Shown piece after piece: positions 60,869-64,000 of a DNA stretch of 64,000 nt. Made by a program: the position numbers and the translations under genes. Positions within the stretch are counted from its first letter, which is position 1; each line of letters opens with the position of its first letter. The notes under the pieces are model-generated. The model had not been told where the DNA came from, did not search any database, and saw only the letters and a program-made list of their open reading frames with translations. The stretch comes from an uncultured bacterium. Lineage in GTDB: Bacteria > Planctomycetota > UBA1135 > GCA-002686595. The stretch covers positions 352,001 to 416,000 of the forward strand of contig CALSNU010000003.1 of NCBI GenBank assembly GCA_943787795.1, read 5' to 3'.

Positions 60869-61816
60869 ATGAATCAGAACGCCAAGCTCACCGTCGTCGG
60901 CGCCGGCTACGTCGGCTCGACCTGCGCTCATCTCGCCGCGCTCAAGGACCTCGCGCCGGAGATTTGCCTGATCGACATCGCGGAAGGGCGGCCCCAGGGC
61001 ATCGCCCTGGACATGAACCAGTCCGCAGCGGTGGAGGGGTTCGCGAGCCGCGTGGTCGGCACCAATGACCCGCGGGACACCTACGACTCGGACGTCTTCA
61101 TCGTCACGGCGGGTCTCCCAAGGAAGCCGGGGATGAGCCGCTCTGATCTTCTCGAGGTCAACGGCAAGGTCATGCAGAGCGTCGCGGAGTACATCCGTGC
61201 AGGCTCGCCGGAGGCCGTCGTCATCGTCGTGACGAACCCTCTCGACTCCATGGTGACGCTCATGCGTCACTGCCTCGGGTTCCCCTCCCGGCGGGTCGTC
61301 GGGATGGCGGGGGTCCTCGATGCGGCGCGCTACTCATGGTTCATCTCCGAGGCCACCGGCGCCGCCGTGCAGGACGTCGATGCGATGGTGCTCGGCGCCC
61401 ACGGGGACTCCATGGTGCCCATGCCGGACCGCTGCACCGTCAATGGCATTGGAGTGTTGGATCTCATCGACCGCGCCGCGGTGGAGGCCATGGGCGAGCG
61501 GACGAAGAAGGGCGGCGGCGAGATCGTCAAGCTCCTCAAGACCGGCAGCGCCTGGTACGCCCCGGCCTCGGCGTCGGTGGCGATGGCCGCCTCGGTCCTG
61601 CGCGATGAGCGCCGGATGATGCCCTGCGCCTGCTTGCTGAACGGCGAGTACGGGCTGGAGAACCTCTACATGGGCGTCCCGGCCATCCTCGGGCGCGGGG
61701 GCGTGGAGCGCATCGTCGAGCTGCCCCTGAAGACCGAGTCGCGGGCGTTGCTCCAGAAGACGGCGGGAGCGATCCACGACGATGTCCTCGCCATGCGCGA
61801 TCTCGGCCTCTTCTGA
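60869..61816 (+). CDS. mdh: Malate dehydrogenase (LDH-like)
   Basis: VVGAGYVG, TAGLPRKPGMSRSDLL, VTNPLD, GMAGVLDAAR, LGAHGDSMVP, GSAWYAP. Confidence 0.95.
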   Translation: MNQNAKLTVVGAGYVGSTCAHLAALKDLAPEICLIDIAEGRPQGIALDMNQSAAVEGFASRVVGTNDPRDTYDSDVFIVTAGLPRKPGMSRSDLLEVNGKVMQSVAEYIRAGSPEAVVIVVTNPLDSMVTLMRHCLGFPSRRVVGMAGVLDAARYSWFISEATGAAVQDVDAMVLGAHGDSMVPMPDRCTVNGIGVLDLIDRAAVEAMGERTKKGGGEIVKLLKTGSAWYAPASASVAMAASVLRDERRMMPCACLLNGEYGLENLYMGVPAILGRGGVERIVELPLKTESRALLQKTAGAIHDDVLAMRDLGLF

Positions 61817-61907
61817 TCCACTTCCGACCACCGCACCTCCCAGAGCCGGCCGTTGGGTCGGGCCATGACCGTTCACCAGGGCCCGCGTTCATCGCGGGTC
61901 TCGTTCC

Positions 61908-63308
61908 ATGACTGACACTCGCACCGAATCCGACTCCATGGGGCCCATCGAGGTCCCCGCGGATGCCCTCTGGGGCGCCCAGACCCAGCGCTCGCTCCAC
62001 AACTTCAAGATCGGCGAGCAGCGCTTCACACGCCCGATGATCCGCGCCCTCGGCCTGGTGAAGAAGTGCGCCGGTGTGGTGAACAGCGAGCTGGGGGAGC
62101 TGGACGCCCTCGAGCCCGCCGCGCGCGAGGCCCTGGTGGCGGCCGCGGCCGAGGTGGTCGACGGCAAGCACGACGACGAGTTCCCCCTGGTCGTCTGGCA
62201 GACAGGCTCCGGGACCCAGTCGAACATGAACACCAACGAGGTGATCTCCAACCGAGCGATTCAGATGCTCGGTGGAACGGTCGGCTCGAAGGACCCGGTC
62301 CACCCCAACGACCACGTCAACCGCGCTCAGTCGTCGAACGACACCTTCCCGACGGCCATGCACGTGGCGGCCACCGAGGAGGTCGTGCGGACCCTGGTTC
62401 CCGCCCTGCACGCCCTCGCAGACGCCTTCGCGGCCAAGGGCGTGGAGTGGGACGGGATCGTGAAGATCGGCCGGACTCACCTCCAGGACGCCACCCCGCT
62501 GCGGCTGTCGCAGGAGGTCTCCGGCTGGCGTCAGCAGGTGCTCGACGCGATCCGCGGCGTGGAGTCCACCCTGCCCGCCCTCTACGAGCTGGCCCAGGGC
62601 GGCACCGCGGTGGGGACCGGCCTGAATACCAAGCCGGGCTACGATGAGCGCTTCGCGGCGCAGATGGCCGACGAGACAGGGCTGCCGTTCGTGACCGCGC
62701 CGAACAAGTTCAGCGCCCTCGCCGGACACGACGCCCTCGTGCTGTGCCACGGCGCGCTGAAGGCGGCGGCGTGCGCCTTGATGAAGATCGCCAACGACGT
62801 CCGGTGGCTCGGGAGCGGGCCCCGCTCCGGGCTCGGTGAGCTCAAGCTCCCCGCCAACGAGCCGGGGTCCTCGATCATGCCGGGCAAGGTCAACCCGACC
62901 CAGTGCGAGGCCCTGACGATGGTCTGCGCCCAGGTCCTGGGGAATGACGCCTGCGTGGGGGTGTCCGGCAGCCAGGGCAACTTCGAGCTCAACGTGTACA
63001 AGCCCGTGATCATCCATAACGTCCTCGAGTCCATCCGGCTCCTCGCCGACGGGGCGGACTCGTTCCGTGAGAACTGCGTGGCGGGGCTGGATGTGGACCG
63101 CGAGCGTATCGACCACCTCATGCGCCAGTCGCTGATGCTCGTGACCGCGCTGAACCGCCATATCGGGTACGACAACGCCGCCAAGGTGGCCAAGAAGGCC
63201 TACGAGGAGGGCACCACCCTCGTGGAGGCGGTGACGGCTCTGGGGCTCATGACCGAGGACGAGTTCAGCCGCGCGGTGGTCCCCGGAGAGATGACCGGGC
63301 CTCGCTGA
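61908..63308 (+). CDS. fumC: Fumarate hydratase class II
   Basis: [45 protein letters not shown]. Confidence 0.97.
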   Translation: MTDTRTESDSMGPIEVPADALWGAQTQRSLHNFKIGEQRFTRPMIRALGLVKKCAGVVNSELGELDALEPAAREALVAAAAEVVDGKHDDEFPLVVWQTGSGTQSNMNTNEVISNRAIQMLGGTVGSKDPVHPNDHVNRAQSSNDTFPTAMHVAATEEVVRTLVPALHALADAFAAKGVEWDGIVKIGRTHLQDATPLRLSQEVSGWRQQVLDAIRGVESTLPALYELAQGGTAVGTGLNTKPGYDERFAAQMADETGLPFVTAPNKFSALAGHDALVLCHGALKAAACALMKIANDVRWLGSGPRSGLGELKLPANEPGSSIMPGKVNPTQCEALTMVCAQVLGNDACVGVSGSQGNFELNVYKPVIIHNVLESIRLLADGADSFRENCVAGLDVDRERIDHLMRQSLMLVTALNRHIGYDNAAKVAKKAYEEGTTLVEAVTALGLMTEDEFSRAVVPGEMTGPR

Positions 63309-63422
63309 GCCCCTGTGGCAGGGCTTTGTCGCGGATTTCGACGATCGCATGCACCGCGCGGGGCCTCCGGTTCCTATTCTTCCTCCCCCGAAAGTTCGCC
63401 GCGCCCCTGCGCCCCGAGACCG

Positions 63423-63548
63423 ATGAAGCTCAAGATTCGCAACAGCAAGTCCAAGAAGGCCAAGAAGACGGGCTTCCTCAGCCGTCAGAAGACCGCCGGC
63501 GGCCGGAAGGTCAACAAGCGCCATCGCGCGCGCCACGGCAGCTTCTGA
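63423..63548 (+). CDS. rpmH: 50S ribosomal protein bL34 (divergent)
   Basis: 41-aa highly basic ORF MKLKIRNSKSKKAKKTGFLSRQKTAGGRKVNKRHRARHGSF with the GF..R..T.GGR.V..R.R pattern. Confidence 0.8.
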   Translation: MKLKIRNSKSKKAKKTGFLSRQKTAGGRKVNKRHRARHGSF

Positions 63549-63566
63549 TTCGGCAGCTTCTGATTC
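63536..63566 (+). repeat. Perfect 15-bp tandem duplication CGGCAGCTTCTGATT spanning the rpmH stop codon
   Basis: 63536-63550 is identical to 63551-63565. Confidence 0.85.
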
Positions 63567-63681
63567 TGCGACCTGCTTAGAGATGTGCGCGGCTGCCGCC
63601 CCTCCGGGGCCGGCTTCGCATCAGGCGGCCTTACCTGGCGGTGGGCCGCCTCTCTCGTGCCTGCCCTTTCGCGTGAATTCT

Positions 63682-63722
63682 GCATGGCTGGCGCATGGCT
63701 GGCGCGTGGCTGGCGCGTGGCC
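63682..63722. repeat. 11-bp tandem repeat GC(A/G)TGGCTGGC, about 3.6 copies
   Basis: Read directly; an isolated variant unit lies near 63737. Confidence 0.85.
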
Positions 63723-64000
63723 TTCCCATGGCCGGTGCATGACTGGCGCGCGTCGGAGTGAGCCCTTGGCGAGACAAGCCCGGCGGGGTGGCGAGCGCTC
63801 CGTTCCGTCGAGCGTCTTGCCTGGGAGCCCTCCCAGTCACGACCTGCCATGTCGGGATCAACTGTGCCTAGACTAAGGAGGGACCCGCCCCCGCCTGTGC
63901 GCCGAGGCGGCGGGCGGCCTGCGCTCGGCGGCCAGGGTCCCGGGCCCCGGTTCACGGCGGCCGCTCTGTCAGGCGCTCTCCGCAGAACCCCCAAGACCCA

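Noticed and set aside
63820..63850. Cobalamin riboswitch tail (…AGTCACGACCTGCC) and a 13-nt match to the M13 primer site TCCCAGTCACGAC
   Set aside because: The upstream B12-element motifs are absent and there is no flanking vector sequence; both are probably chance matches.

Overview
GC-rich, densely coding bacterial chromosomal window. It is most consistent with a Planctomycetota genome of an OM190/UBA1135-like lineage; this is inferred from a Planctomycete-type prepilin protein, a characteristic C-terminal domain on a secreted protein and a divergent bL34. Most genes are housekeeping: lysS (partial), tRNA-Ala(GGC), leuS, tldE/tldD, ggt, uvrB, uvrC, xerD, lspA, secA, waaA, metK, an Fe3+-type ABC transporter, a class I aminotransferase, ltaE, mdh, fumC and rpmH. 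No IS element, prophage or CRISPR array was seen. Leads, in order of interest: (1) a secreted protein at 59078-60694 whose N-terminal domain aligns motif-by-motif with the lysyl-oxidase (LOX) catalytic domain, keeping the LTQ Lys/Tyr positions but not the canonical Cu-binding His triad, fused to a putative C-terminal sorting domain; (2) a 2223-aa Calx-beta/malectin/PA14/IPT/propeller/Kelch surface protein; (3) two adjacent unknown membrane-anchored proteins sharing a paralogous helical module; (4) dispersed intergenic tandem arrays of different periods sharing a CCAGC/GCTGG core; (5) smaller modules: C39-like peptidase plus divergent PLP enzyme, pentaheme cytochrome plus HEAT lipoprotein, prepilin plus DPPR synthase, an unknown-domain/REC fusion, and a SecA tail insertion. 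All domain calls come from manual motif reading, not database searches.
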